Notes: a model not told the origin generated them from the sequence alone. DNA of 64,000 bases from a candidate division FCPU426 bacterium (GCA_963738405.1 CAVTWJ010000014.1:128001-192000), one strand, 5' to 3'; shown: positions 19,700 through 29,565, counted from the stretch's first letter. Numbers and translations are program-made.

Positions 19700-21058
19700 C
19701 TAGAAAAAGATGAAGGTCAGCAGAATGAAGATGGGGATCAAAACAGCCCCGGACCAAAGCATGTAGCCCCCGAAAGAGGGCATACGAACCCGGGATTGCT
19801 CGGCGATGGCGCGCACCATGAAGTTGGGGCCGTTGCCGATATAGCTGTTGGCGCCCATCAGCACCGATCCGCATGAAACGGCGGCCAACAACTGGGGGGC
19901 CTGTTTGGCCAGCTCGCCTAGATGGTCCGTAGAAAGACCATTCTGCCCCGCCGCCAGGGCGGCGTAGCTGAGGTAGGTCGGGGCGTTATCCAGAAAACTG
20001 CTCAAGGCCCCGGACAGCCAGAAATAGGCCCAGGAATGGCTCAGGGCCAGGGCCTTGCCTTTGGCCTCCAGCAAGGTCAGCGCCGGGATCATGGAGCCGA
20101 AGATTCCAAAAAAGAGAACCATCACCTCAATGAAGGGCGCGAAGGAAAACTGGTTTTCCTCGTGGATTTCCTTCGGGGTCTTGTAATAAGAAAGAAGCCC
20201 CAGGGAAAACATGACGATAATCTGGAAGATTTTGGAGGCGTCCACCCCGCGGGCGCCCCAATGGGCCTCCAGCACGGGGTTCAGAAAATAACCCGACACC
20301 AGCACCGTGGATAAGATGCCGAAAAGGCAGGCAACGCTCAAGCGGCCCTTCACCTGGATGGGCTGCTCCGCTTCCTGGATGGCCTGGATCAGGGACCCTC
20401 GGACATGGGTTTCCTCGCCGTCGAAAATTTTGTCGTCAATCAGGTGAAAGACGAACAGCAAAATCAAAAGCGTCAGGGACCAAACGGGAATCAGGCGGAA
20501 GGTCCAAAAAAAGGGCACCCCCCTCAGGAACCCCAGGTAGAGGGGCGGATCGCCCAAAGGCGTTAGCAGCCCCCCGCAGTTGGAGACGATGAAGATAAAA
20601 AAGACCACCACGTGGGTTTTGTGGCGACGCATGAGGTTGGCGCGAAGCAGCGGACGGATCAGGACCATGCTGGCCCCGGTGGTGCCCAAAAGGCTGGCCA
20701 AAATGGCGCCCAACCCCAGAAAGAGGGTGTTGATATAGGGAAGTCCCGCGAAGGCGCCGGAGATATATATGCCCCCGCTGACGGTAAAAAGCGAACCTAC
20801 CAGCGCCAAAAAAGCCAGGTAGTCCAAGTAGGTTTCAAGCACCTTCGTGATGTCGCCCGAGGGCCGAAGATAAAGGAAGACCCCGGCGCCCGCGCAGGCC
20901 CCGGCCAGCAGAAACTTGTTGCCCATGCTTTCCCACCAGCGGGAAATGCCGGGAATAAATGGGAAAGTCGCCGTCGCAAATAAGAGAAACACGAAGGGAA
21001 GAAAGTGCAAAAAGGCGGTGAAACCGTCCATTTGCTGCCAGTAATTCATGGAGTCCAT
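19700..21058 (-). CDS. IT-superfamily sodium:proton antiporter-like permease (CitMHS_2 type)
   Basis: GTTGASM, NCGGLLTPLGDPPL, FLDNAPTY, YIGNGPNFMV; multiple TMs. Confidence 0.85.
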   Translation of the reverse strand: MDSMNYWQQMDGFTAFLHFLPFVFLLFATATFPFIPGISRWWESMGNKFLLAGACAGAGVFLYLRPSGDITKVLETYLDYLAFLALVGSLFTVSGGIYISGAFAGLPYINTLFLGLGAILASLLGTTGASMVLIRPLLRANLMRRHKTHVVVFFIFIVSNCGGLLTPLGDPPLYLGFLRGVPFFWTFRLIPVWSLTLLILLFVFHLIDDKIFDGEETHVRGSLIQAIQEAEQPIQVKGRLSVACLFGILSTVLVSGYFLNPVLEAHWGARGVDASKIFQIIVMFSLGLLSYYKTPKEIHEENQFSFAPFIEVMVLFFGIFGSMIPALTLLEAKGKALALSHSWAYFWLSGALSSFLDNAPTYLSYAALAAGQNGLSTDHLGELAKQAPQLLAAVSCGSVLMGANSYIGNGPNFMVRAIAEQSRVRMPSFGGYMLWSGAVLIPIFILLTFIFF

Positions 21059-21100
21059 TGAAATCCTTCCGATTTACAAACTTCGGTTATCCCCGACCTG

Positions 21101-21442
21101 CTACCTCACCACCGCGTCGCCCTCTTCCCCGCTGCTGATCTTGTAGGCTTGCTCGACGCGGTGGACGAAAATTTTTCCGTCGCCCTTCTTGCCCGTCCGG
21201 GCCGATTGCAGAATGGTCTGAATGATGCGCTCCCCCTCCTCATCCACGGCCACTATCTCCAGTTTCATCTTGGGAAGGGTGTCGACCTTGATGGCCCGGC
21301 CCAGCCAATTTTGGGTAACCCCCATCTGCTTGCCGTGGCCCCTCACCTCGGTGATGGTGATGCCCGGGTAATCGGCCTCTTCCAGGGCTTCCTTCACCCT
21401 CTCGAAAGCCGAGGGTTGGATAATGGCTTCGATTTTTTTCAT
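21101..21442 (-). CDS. P-II family regulator with divergent T-loop
   Basis: MKKIEAII, GHGKQ, LPKMKLEI, TGKKGDGKIF; start reassigned to MKKIE. Confidence 0.9.
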   Translation of the reverse strand: MKKIEAIIQPSAFERVKEALEEADYPGITITEVRGHGKQMGVTQNWLGRAIKVDTLPKMKLEIVAVDEEGERIIQTILQSARTGKKGDGKIFVHRVEQAYKISSGEEGDAVVR

Positions 21443-21491
21443 TCCAAACCCCAGTTGACGGATATCCTTCCCCGTGAAAGGTCCCGGCTTC

Positions 21492-21526
21492 AAAAAAAAA
21501 GGGTTAACCCCGAGCGGTTAACCCCC
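21492..21526 (-). terminator. intrinsic terminator after the first P-II gene
   Basis: GGGTTAACC-gctcgg-GGTTAACCC stem followed by T9 on the minus strand. Confidence 0.8.
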
Positions 21527-21558
21527 GTACTCCCCACGAGGGAACAACAATCCATTGT

Positions 21559-21900
21559 TTAAGAAACGGCTGTGTCGCCCGTTTCCCCGCTGCTGATGCG
21601 ATAGACCTCATCGATGGTGTAGACGAATATCTTCCCATCCCCCACGCTTCCGCTGGAGGCGCTGGTGAGGATGGACTTCACCAGTTTTTCCACCTCAGAG
21701 TCGGGCGCCACGATTTCCAGCTTCAATTTGGGCAGAAACTCAACCTTGTACTTGTAACCTCGAAACTGTTGGGACAGGCCCTTTTGCTTGCCGTGACCTT
21801 CGACTTCGGTAAGGGTGACCCCCGTGTAACCCGCTAACTCCAGGGCTTTCTTCACGCTGTCGAACTTTTCGGGCCGGATAATGGCTTCGATCTTTTTCAC
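21559..21900 (-). CDS. glnK: P-II nitrogen regulator (GlnK-like)
   Basis: KKIEAIIRP, GHGKQKG..FRGYKY (R47, Y51 retained), GDGKIF; directly downstream of amt. Confidence 0.9.
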   Translation of the reverse strand: MKKIEAIIRPEKFDSVKKALELAGYTGVTLTEVEGHGKQKGLSQQFRGYKYKVEFLPKLKLEIVAPDSEVEKLVKSILTSASSGSVGDGKIFVYTIDEVYRISSGETGDTAVS

Positions 21901-22070
21901 AAAAGCTCCTTAAGAACATGTTTCAAAAACAAAACCAGCGCATTTTTTACCACCCAGACGCCAAAACACAACGAATATTACATTCGTTTTAAAGGTTTTT
22001 ACCTTCTTTTTGAGCCTTCGCGACTTAGTGGAAAAATAAGTCTTTTTCTTTTTCGAACCGCCTAAATATG

Positions 22071-22099
22071 AAAAAGTCCCCCTTTTGGGGGGACTTTTT
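22071..22099 (-). terminator. intrinsic terminator after amt
   Basis: AAAAAGTCCCCC-ttttg-GGGGGACTTTTT inverted repeat. Confidence 0.8.
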
Positions 22100-22128
22100 C
22101 GACCTCAATCTCTTTAAAGCTGTACTAA

Positions 22129-23799
22129 TTAATGAGCTGTGACGTTTTCGGAAGCCTTGTCCATCTTGATTCCGCAATATCCCACAGTGCCCATCTCGGG
22201 TATGTCCAACCCCTCGATTTCGGTTTCGGGAGAGACGCGGTTTCCAACGATCTTTTCAACGACCATGAAGACGACCCACGAAATGACCGACAAGGTTATG
22301 AAACAGGTCACCACGCCGATACATTGGGCGATGAACTGGGAAGCGTCCCCGTAGAACAACCCGGTCACGCCCTTCAAGTTGCCAGCCGCCGAGGTGGTGT
22401 TCAAGTAACTGGAAGCTCCCACGCCGTTCCAGCCTTGTCCGTAGGTACCGTCAGCGAAGAGGCCGAGGGAGATACAACCCCAGGCTCCATTGGTTCCATG
22501 GACCGAGATGGCTCCGACTGGATCGTCCACTTTCAGGACGCGTTCCACAAAGAAGCAGCTCTCGATAACCAAGATGCCTGAAACAACGCCGATGATGCAG
22601 GCGCCGGGGGCGTTCACGAAGGCCGAAGGACCGGTGATGGCCACGAGGCCCGCCAGCATACCGTTCACCATCATGCCCGGATCCGGCTTACCTGCACGGA
22701 TCCAAATCCAAATCATGGAGAACAAGGCGCCGGTGGCGGAAGCCAACATGGTGTTGACCGCGACCACCGAGATGCGCAGGTCCGCGCCGGCCAGGGTGGA
22801 ACCGGGGTTGAACCCGAACCAGCCGAAGGCCAGGATGAAGCAACCCGCGATCGCCATGGGCATGTTATGCGCCGGGATGGCGTTGGCCGTGCCGTTCTTA
22901 TTGAACTTGCCGATACGGGGCCCGATGATCAGGGCGCCGATCAAGGCGATCACGCCGCCTTGCATATGCACCACAGTGGAACCGGCGAAGTCGGTATAGC
23001 CGTGGCCCAGGCCGAAGTTGGCGCCCAATTGGGCCAGCCAGCCGCCGCCCCAGACCCAGTTACCGAACACCGGATACATGATGGTTCCGATGGCAACCCC
23101 ATAAAGGCAGAAAGCCGACCATTTCCAGCGTTCCGCCATGGCTCCCGTGGGAATAGTAGCCGTGGTATCCATGAACACCATCTGGAACAGGAAGAGGGTG
23201 AAAACACCGACGTCATAGGCCGGGCCCGTCAAGAAATACCCGACGTTTCCGATCATGCCGAAGGGCTTGCCGAAAAGCGTCCAGGTGATTTCATTACTGA
23301 GGCCGGCGTACCCGCCCAAGGTTCCAAGGGAGCCCAGGCCGCCGAACATGAAGGCGAAACCGCAGACATAGAACCCCAGCATCCCGAAGGGATAGATCAT
23401 GAAGTTCATGGTCATGGTATGGTTCACGTTCTTGGCGCGGGTCATGCCCGTTTCCACCATGGCGAACCCTGCCTGCATGAACATGACCAAATAACCGGTC
23501 ACCAAGGTCCAGACAATGTTGATCGCCACGCGGTTATGGCCGACAGCGGCCGCCAATTCCAGCACGGTCGGATTCTTGATGTCTTTAAAGCTGTTAAAGC
23601 CAGTCAAGTCCGAGATCCCGCCGGTATTCGAACCGTTCGGGTCCGCCGCCTGAGGCGCCGGTGTTGCCGCGGGAGCCGCAGCAGCTGGCGCCGCCGCCGG
23701 AGCCGCCGTCTGAGCGTTCACCACGACCGGTACCGCTAGTACCAGGAGATAGTAAAGCATCAACGAGATGCTCCCTATCTTTCTAATTTTTGCCAACAT
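22129..23799 (-). CDS. amt: ammonium transporter
   Basis: FMQAGFAMVETG, AERW, DFAGSTVVH, FGWFGFNPGS, DDPVGAISVHG; signal peptide and Ala/Pro linker; AAGGAGG SD. Confidence 0.97.
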   Translation of the reverse strand: MLAKIRKIGSISLMLYYLLVLAVPVVVNAQTAAPAAAPAAAAPAATPAPQAADPNGSNTGGISDLTGFNSFKDIKNPTVLELAAAVGHNRVAINIVWTLVTGYLVMFMQAGFAMVETGMTRAKNVNHTMTMNFMIYPFGMLGFYVCGFAFMFGGLGSLGTLGGYAGLSNEITWTLFGKPFGMIGNVGYFLTGPAYDVGVFTLFLFQMVFMDTTATIPTGAMAERWKWSAFCLYGVAIGTIMYPVFGNWVWGGGWLAQLGANFGLGHGYTDFAGSTVVHMQGGVIALIGALIIGPRIGKFNKNGTANAIPAHNMPMAIAGCFILAFGWFGFNPGSTLAGADLRISVVAVNTMLASATGALFSMIWIWIRAGKPDPGMMVNGMLAGLVAITGPSAFVNAPGACIIGVVSGILVIESCFFVERVLKVDDPVGAISVHGTNGAWGCISLGLFADGTYGQGWNGVGASSYLNTTSAAGNLKGVTGLFYGDASQFIAQCIGVVTCFITLSVISWVVFMVVEKIVGNRVSPETEIEGLDIPEMGTVGYCGIKMDKASENVTAH

Positions 23800-23907
23800 A
23801 CTCTACCTCCTTGTGGTTTAGAAACTTTCCTTTCGCCCTCATCGGGCGAAAGGGTCCTTCAACTCGACCCGGGGCCAGGACTGAACCCCTACAGTTCCGA
23901 GTGAAAA

Positions 23908-23923
23908 AGCAAGCCTTGTGCCA
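23908..23923 (-). promoter_or_regulatory. sigma-54 promoter of amt
   Basis: Minus strand TGGCACAAGGCTTGCT matches TGGCAC-N5-TTGC; consistent with nitrogen regulation. Confidence 0.8.
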
Positions 23924-24010
23924 TTTTTTGAAAATGACATTCGAACAAGTAAATAATTCATAAATATTTGATTTTTGCGAGTAAACGAATCGTTTGTATT
24001 AGACCTAAAT

Positions 24011-24027
24011 TGCTACATAATTGTACA
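24011..24027. promoter_or_regulatory. possible NtrC-like enhancer site
   Basis: TGCTACATAATTGTACA partially matches TGCACCA-N3-TGGTGCA, about 90 bp upstream of the amt promoter with an AT-rich spacer. Confidence 0.35.
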
Positions 24028-24260
24028 AGACGACAAATAGGTGTTGTTTAGCTTATTTGAATGTTCCCAGGTTCACGGGCCTTTGAATCCAACAGTTTCA
24101 AAATAATAAATTTGTTTTGTTCCATCTCGAGTTCGGTTTTTTGGTTTAAGGCACATGAAAGAAATATCAACGCATCGAAGAGCCTTGGCTTTAGAATCAT
24201 TCGGCTCGTACGATTCCCCAACAAGGGGAGAAAGTTATTAAAAGTGAGAGGTACTGTTAA

Positions 24261-24842
24261 ATGAAACTCGGAATTACTTTTTACCGCTTCGGCATTCTCG
24301 GTTTTCTTTTTGCCCCGGGGGTTCTGCTGGGAGAGCCGCTCAAGACTTTATTGGCTCAAAACCATTCGATGCTGACCACCTATATCTTGCTCTACGGTTT
24401 TCCTGCCTTAGTGGGCTTTACCATGCTGACCATGACGGAGGAAGGTTTTCGAAACCCGCCGGATCCAGTGGCCCGCCTCCTCAACGGCCTATCAGCCCTA
24501 ACGGTTTTCTGGCTGATCCTTTGGTGTGTCATTTGGGCCGGATTGGACGCTAAAGCCGGCAATCAAGCCGACCTCATCGTCAAATATATGGGCTTCATTA
24601 ATCTTTTGGGACCCTTGGTGGGCGCCGTCATTTATGGGTGGGGTTGGAAAGCGATTGATCTTTCCCAACGGACTTTGCGTTTCCTGATGGCCATCGGCTG
24701 GAACGTAAGTTTCATGAGCATGATGAACCTGCATTTAGACCCGACCATGGGACACTTAAAAGGTCCCGGCATCGGCGGATTGCTGGTGATGTCGGGGGTC
24801 TACCTGATTATGGGCGATTTAAAACGAAGCGCGAAAAAATAA
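24261..24842 (+). CDS. hypothetical integral membrane protein
   Basis: About 6 hydrophobic segments, GAGG SD. Confidence 0.7.
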   Translation: MKLGITFYRFGILGFLFAPGVLLGEPLKTLLAQNHSMLTTYILLYGFPALVGFTMLTMTEEGFRNPPDPVARLLNGLSALTVFWLILWCVIWAGLDAKAGNQADLIVKYMGFINLLGPLVGAVIYGWGWKAIDLSQRTLRFLMAIGWNVSFMSMMNLHLDPTMGHLKGPGIGGLLVMSGVYLIMGDLKRSAKK

Positions 24843-24899
24843 AACTTTCGTCGTTTTTTCATGCTCTTTGGGATTAGTCGGTTCTTTGCGATTGAAGCT

Positions 24900-25970
24900 C
24901 TAAACCGGCACCACTTTCTGGATATATTTCTTCATCGCGTCGAATACTTCCGGTACCGTCAACCCATCCATGGGGTCATGCTTTCGGCAATATCCCACTT
25001 CACAAGCCGAACACTGGGGATTCTTGGGGACCAAGACCGTATTCTCATTGCCCCAGGGTCCCCATCGGACCGGGGTGGATTCCGGGGCGGGCGAAAAGAT
25101 CGCGACCATGGGGGCTCCCACCGCCGCGGCAAGCTGCATCGGCCCCGTGGGGCTTGTCAGTACGCAAACCGCTCCCTGGCATAGAGCTGCCAACTGCTTC
25201 AAGTTCAAATCGTTCGTGATGATCAGAACGGGCTTTTGTTCCATGGGAAGGGAAAAGAGAAAAGCTGTCACTTCTGCAATAAGAGCCGATTCATCAGCCT
25301 CGGCGGTCAAAACCACCCTTAACCCCTTCACTTGGCATAAATAACCCAACAATTGCCCGAACCTCTCGGCCTTCCAGTGCCTTGCCCTTCCCTTGGAACC
25401 GGGATGAACAAGAATATAGGGTTCGGCTAGCCCGATGCCCTTTTGGCTTAAGATCTCCTTAACTTTTGACTTATCACCCTCACCCAGGGGGAATTCTATT
25501 TTTGAGGCAAATTGGGTGATTCCAAGGGGTTTTAACAGCTCAAAATTGTATTCAACCTCGTTGCGGTCGCTGACGGCCCGGTTAATCTTGATGGAATGGG
25601 TAAGAAAGAATCCCTGCCATTTGTAATCCATCCCAATACGAACTGGAATTTTGGCCATCCAGGCCGCCAAGACCAACTTAGCCGTGGGCATTAGGTGGAG
25701 GCAAATATCCGGGGACAAACCCTTAAACCGGCTCGTCAAACCCATCAGGCCTTCCAGTTTAGTAATGGACTCTATGGCATCCACGGCAGGATGTTCCTGA
25801 AGCATGCCTTCGGCCCCCGACGTGACGAAAACGGTGATCTTGGCCTTGGGGAAGGCGGATTTTAAGGTTTGAAAAACCGGCAAAGCCAATAAAAGCTTGG
25901 CCGGTTTATCAGCGCAGGTCACGAGAATATGTTGGGGGTTCAATGCTTCAGCCATGTTTAATTCTCCCAA
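24900..25970 (-). CDS. glycosyltransferase family 9 (heptosyltransferase-like)
   Basis: HPAVD, IPVRIG, HPGS..RHW, TGPMQLAAAVG, RWGPW; start may be the internal MAEAL. Confidence 0.9.
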   Translation of the reverse strand: MGELNMAEALNPQHILVTCADKPAKLLLALPVFQTLKSAFPKAKITVFVTSGAEGMLQEHPAVDAIESITKLEGLMGLTSRFKGLSPDICLHLMPTAKLVLAAWMAKIPVRIGMDYKWQGFFLTHSIKINRAVSDRNEVEYNFELLKPLGITQFASKIEFPLGEGDKSKVKEILSQKGIGLAEPYILVHPGSKGRARHWKAERFGQLLGYLCQVKGLRVVLTAEADESALIAEVTAFLFSLPMEQKPVLIITNDLNLKQLAALCQGAVCVLTSPTGPMQLAAAVGAPMVAIFSPAPESTPVRWGPWGNENTVLVPKNPQCSACEVGYCRKHDPMDGLTVPEVFDAMKKYIQKVVPV

Positions 25971-26058
25971 ATGGATGATCTATCAATGATATGAAAGTCC
26001 GATCACGATACTGAATCGAATCTATGAGGGCAATAGCTGAGAAATCTCAGGTTTCCCC

Positions 26059-26097
26059 AAAATCCTCTCTCCGCTTCCAGTGCGGAGAGAGGATTTT
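26059..26097. terminator. perfect 16-bp inverted repeat (terminator-like)
   Basis: AAAATCCTCTCTCCGC-ttccagt-GCGGAGAGAGGATTTT. Confidence 0.6.
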
Positions 26098-26327
26098 CCG
26101 TCTTTATCGAACCAAAACGGGAAAGGTTTTCCCGTCGAGATGCCAATTTTAACACTTTCTTAATGGCGCCCCCAATGACACCGGAATAATCTCTCCCCAA
26201 GCCCATGGTAAGGGCAGCCAATAGTTTTGCGACGCAAAAGAAATTTCAACTCCATTTTAAGAAACATGAGGCCGCCCCAAACGGGATAGTTCGGTTCATC
26301 CGAACTTAAATCTTTTTGGAGGAAATT

Positions 26328-26426
26328 ATGGATGTCACAACCATCAATTGCGTTATTTTGGTTCTGGGGCTGATCGCTGGAACAATTGTCGCGATTGTCA
26401 AAGCTACTCCGGGACCCAAAAAATAA
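26328..26426 (+). CDS. 32-aa single-TM small protein
   Basis: GGAGG SD, MDVTTINCVILVLGLIAGTIVAIVKATPGPKK, downstream hairpin AACTCAG..CTGAGTT. Confidence 0.6.
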   Translation: MDVTTINCVILVLGLIAGTIVAIVKATPGPKK

Positions 26427-26547
26427 GGTCTAGGAACTCAGGTTTACCTACTGAGTTAAAATTCTCTTTTCCCTCAATCGCTTTGCAGTATTTGGTTTTT
26501 TAAAACCAGATTTTGCAAGCAATGGAAGATTTTGTGTCTTTCAAATT

Positions 26548-27312
26548 TTATTTTTCATAATTTCCAAATTGAGTCGCCACATCTCCCTTGAAGGAAATGG
26601 AGCCTGTGTGGGTGAGCTTGCTTTGAAGGTCAATCCAAATTTCCCCGCCCATGTCCCGCCAGCGGCGGCAAAAACTGTAATCTTCGCTCAAGTAGGTACC
26701 GGTGGCCTTGTCCACCAAACAGTTAAAAAGCGCGCATCGGTAGGGACTTCCCCGCAGGGCATCCTCGGCTTGGTCTTCCCTCGTATATTTTAAGTCGGCG
26801 TAATGTTCGATCATCGATAACAACACTTGGCGCTTGATCATCATGAACCCTGTTCCAGCGTAGAGCGCCTTGGCAAAACCCTTCTTGGCCTCCACCTTCG
26901 CCGGATCTTCCAACCCCATCACATAACCTAAAGAGGAAGATTCCAGGTTTTCTTTCCCCTCCTTGGCTTGAAGGGCTGTCTTGGCCCAATCTACCTTCTT
27001 GGTCGGGTAAACCCCCGCCGCAATATCCCCGTTGAAATCCAAAAGCCGGAAGACTTGATCGGGCGAGAAAGATATATCCGCGTCGATGAAGATCAGGTGG
27101 GTCGCGGCTTGGTTGTGAAGAAACTGCGCTACCAATCCCTGGCGGGCCCGGGGAATCAAGGCGTCCCCCGAAGTCATATAGACCGTCAAATCAATCCCGC
27201 CCCTCTGAAGACAGGCGTTTTGAAGGCGCATGAGGGAGGTGGCGTAAAGGCTGGTCACCAGACCCCCATAACAAGGGGTGGCGACAGTGAGATGAATGCG
27301 ATTTTCCGCCAT
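26548..27312 (-). CDS. GT-A-fold glycosyltransferase-like protein
   Basis: ATPCYGG, THLIFIDADI (DxD), GTGFMMIKR, SEDYSFCRRW, LTHTG. Confidence 0.8.
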   Translation of the reverse strand: MAENRIHLTVATPCYGGLVTSLYATSLMRLQNACLQRGGIDLTVYMTSGDALIPRARQGLVAQFLHNQAATHLIFIDADISFSPDQVFRLLDFNGDIAAGVYPTKKVDWAKTALQAKEGKENLESSSLGYVMGLEDPAKVEAKKGFAKALYAGTGFMMIKRQVLLSMIEHYADLKYTREDQAEDALRGSPYRCALFNCLVDKATGTYLSEDYSFCRRWRDMGGEIWIDLQSKLTHTGSISFKGDVATQFGNYEK

Positions 27313-27483
27313 GAGTTTCTCCTAAAAGATTTTTGGACATTCAAACAGGGAATTGGAACCCTATTGTCGCAGATTCAGCCTGAATTGGCCCCTTTTCGCG
27401 GGGTATTGTAAAAAATTTAAATTTCATTAAGATTTCACCTTCATCGTTTCCCCGCTTTCTCAACGACTTCAACGATGGATTAA

Positions 27484-27636
27484 AGCCGAACCGACCTAAA
27501 AAAAGCCTTAGGGCAAGTTAGGTTGGACGGGGGACCCAGAAACTTTGGGGCTTATCCAGCTTCCTTAAATAAATCCTTTATAAGGAGCCGGACGGCGAGC
27601 CTTTCGCGCCGAGCCCGACAGCTAACCTCGCAGGCC
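27484..27636 (+). ncRNA. c-di-AMP (ydaO/yuaA) riboswitch
   Basis: GCCGAA..GGACGGGGGACCCA..TTTGGGG..ATCC..CCGAGCCCGACAGCTAACCTCGCAGGC matches remembered ydaO consensus blocks; upstream of a KimA-like transporter. Confidence 0.85.
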
Positions 27637-27717
27637 AACGAAGGGTTCGTCCTAATTCCAAGGCGGCCCAAAGAAAAGACAGAGTCCCTTTCGGTTCTGT
27701 CACGGAGGCCGTACACC

Positions 27718-29556
27718 ATGTCCGATTCCAAAACTTCATCCCATAAAGTTCACCAGCTGGGCTGGGCTCTCGTATTCGCGGTGGTGTACGCGGATATCGG
27801 CACATCGGTTTTTTATACCCCCGGCATTCTGTACGGCTCGATCGGCAATTTGGCCACCCTTGCCCAGTTCATCACCACCGGGGTCTTCGTTTCTATCGCC
27901 CTGAAATATGTAGAAATCTGCGAAAGGTGCCCGGATGGAGGCGGGGTGGTTTCCATTACCCGAGAGGCTTTTTCGGCTTGGGAATTTTTGCCCCTCGTCG
28001 GCGGGTCTTTTATCACTGTGGATTACTTCCTCACTTCGGCCATTTCGGGCGTATCGGGCCTCTATTACCTTTCCAGCCTCCTGCCCGGCTCCAAGGATCT
28101 GGTTGTTGTAGCCTCCCTTATTCTCTTCTTGGTTCTTCTTTTGATTAACCTAGTAGGGGTTAAGGAATCAGCCTCGGTGACCTCCTCCTTCGCCACTGTG
28201 GAAATCATCGTCACCTTTTTACTTTTGGGATCAGCCTTCTATTACATCACCGTCCAACCAAACTTAAGCTGGGGCGGACTTTTTAACAGCATCATCCATC
28301 CGGGGGTCCAACTGACCTTCGGTTCCCTGGCGATCGGCTACGCCACCACCTGGCTGGCCTATTCGGGACTTGAATCGGTGGCTCAGATCTCCGGAGCCAT
28401 GGTCACACCCGTCAAGAAAACCGCTAACAAAGCCATGTGGTGGGTCATCGGCACCATCGCAGTCATCACATCTCCCATGACCGCCGTGGTTCTTTATATC
28501 TTGCCCGCCCAGGTAAAAAGCACCCAAGCCGATTCCCTATTATCCGCGCTTGGCTCCCAAGTCGGCGGCCCATTCCTAGGGATCGCCGTCGTCGTTGCGG
28601 CCGCGGCCCTACTTTTCATGGCCTGCAATACGGCGATTGTGGGAAATTATCACGTCAATGTTCGCCTGTCGGACCTGGGCTTTTTGCCCTCTTTTTTACG
28701 TAAGCGCCACCCGGTATTAGGAACGCCCTATCTTTCCATCATCGCCTCGGCGGCAGTTCCGATGGTGATTATCCTCGCCACCAAGGCCAACGTGGACGCC
28801 CTGGGCGACCTTTACAATTTCGGACTTCTAGGCACCCTTTCCCTCTCCTCTATCGCCATCGACAAACTGCGCTGGAGGGACGGCGTGCGGGGTTTCAAGT
28901 TTTGGTCGGGCATCTTCACGACCCTCGCCCTTTTGGCGGCCTGGTTTATCAACATGGTGCATAAACCCAACGCGCTCATGTTCGGCGGCACCATTGCGGC
29001 CCTTCTGGTCGCGGCAGGGGTTTGGCACCGTCTAGGGGCGGCCCGAAAGGCCGTGGAGGTTTTCGCGAAGGCCGAATCGGAAGCGGCGGACCTGCCTGAA
29101 GCTTCTAATATTCTCACCTTAGAGGAAGCCCAGGAGGCCAGCGCCATAGAAGGTTCGCCGATCATGGTGGCCCTGCGCCAGGTCAACAACAAGCTTTTGG
29201 AGGACGCCGCTGTTTACGCCAAAGGATTAAGCCGCAAGAACATTTACCTTATTTTTGTGGATGAAATGCCGGGGCTCTTTTTGCCTCAGGAAGTAAAGCC
29301 CACGACGGATGCGGTAAAGGTGCTGATTGATTCATGCGCTGAATTGCGCAAACACAAGATGAACGGCATTCCCATTTGGCGCATGGCCGAGGATGCGGGC
29401 ATTTCCATCGCCGAGGCCGCCAAGATCCTGGGCATTAAGCAGGTATTCGTGGGAAGCTCCAAGCGCACCTTTTTCTGGCGCATGGTGCGAGGGCGCATGC
29501 TGAAAAACCTGGCCGACCGCCTGCCCGAATCTGCGGATTTGATTATCGTAGGGTAG
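27718..29556 (+). CDS. APC-family permease with C-terminal USP-like domain, KimA/YdaO-like K+ transporter
   Basis: YADIGTSVFY, PDGGG, VDYFLTSAIS, AYSGLES; soluble C-terminal domain; start reassigned to MSDSK with GGAGG SD. Confidence 0.8.
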   Translation: MSDSKTSSHKVHQLGWALVFAVVYADIGTSVFYTPGILYGSIGNLATLAQFITTGVFVSIALKYVEICERCPDGGGVVSITREAFSAWEFLPLVGGSFITVDYFLTSAISGVSGLYYLSSLLPGSKDLVVVASLILFLVLLLINLVGVKESASVTSSFATVEIIVTFLLLGSAFYYITVQPNLSWGGLFNSIIHPGVQLTFGSLAIGYATTWLAYSGLESVAQISGAMVTPVKKTANKAMWWVIGTIAVITSPMTAVVLYILPAQVKSTQADSLLSALGSQVGGPFLGIAVVVAAAALLFMACNTAIVGNYHVNVRLSDLGFLPSFLRKRHPVLGTPYLSIIASAAVPMVIILATKANVDALGDLYNFGLLGTLSLSSIAIDKLRWRDGVRGFKFWSGIFTTLALLAAWFINMVHKPNALMFGGTIAALLVAAGVWHRLGAARKAVEVFAKAESEAADLPEASNILTLEEAQEASAIEGSPIMVALRQVNNKLLEDAAVYAKGLSRKNIYLIFVDEMPGLFLPQEVKPTTDAVKVLIDSCAELRKHKMNGIPIWRMAEDAGISIAEAAKILGIKQVFVGSSKRTFFWRMVRGRMLKNLADRLPESADLIIVG

Positions 29557-29565
29557 AAAAAAGCC

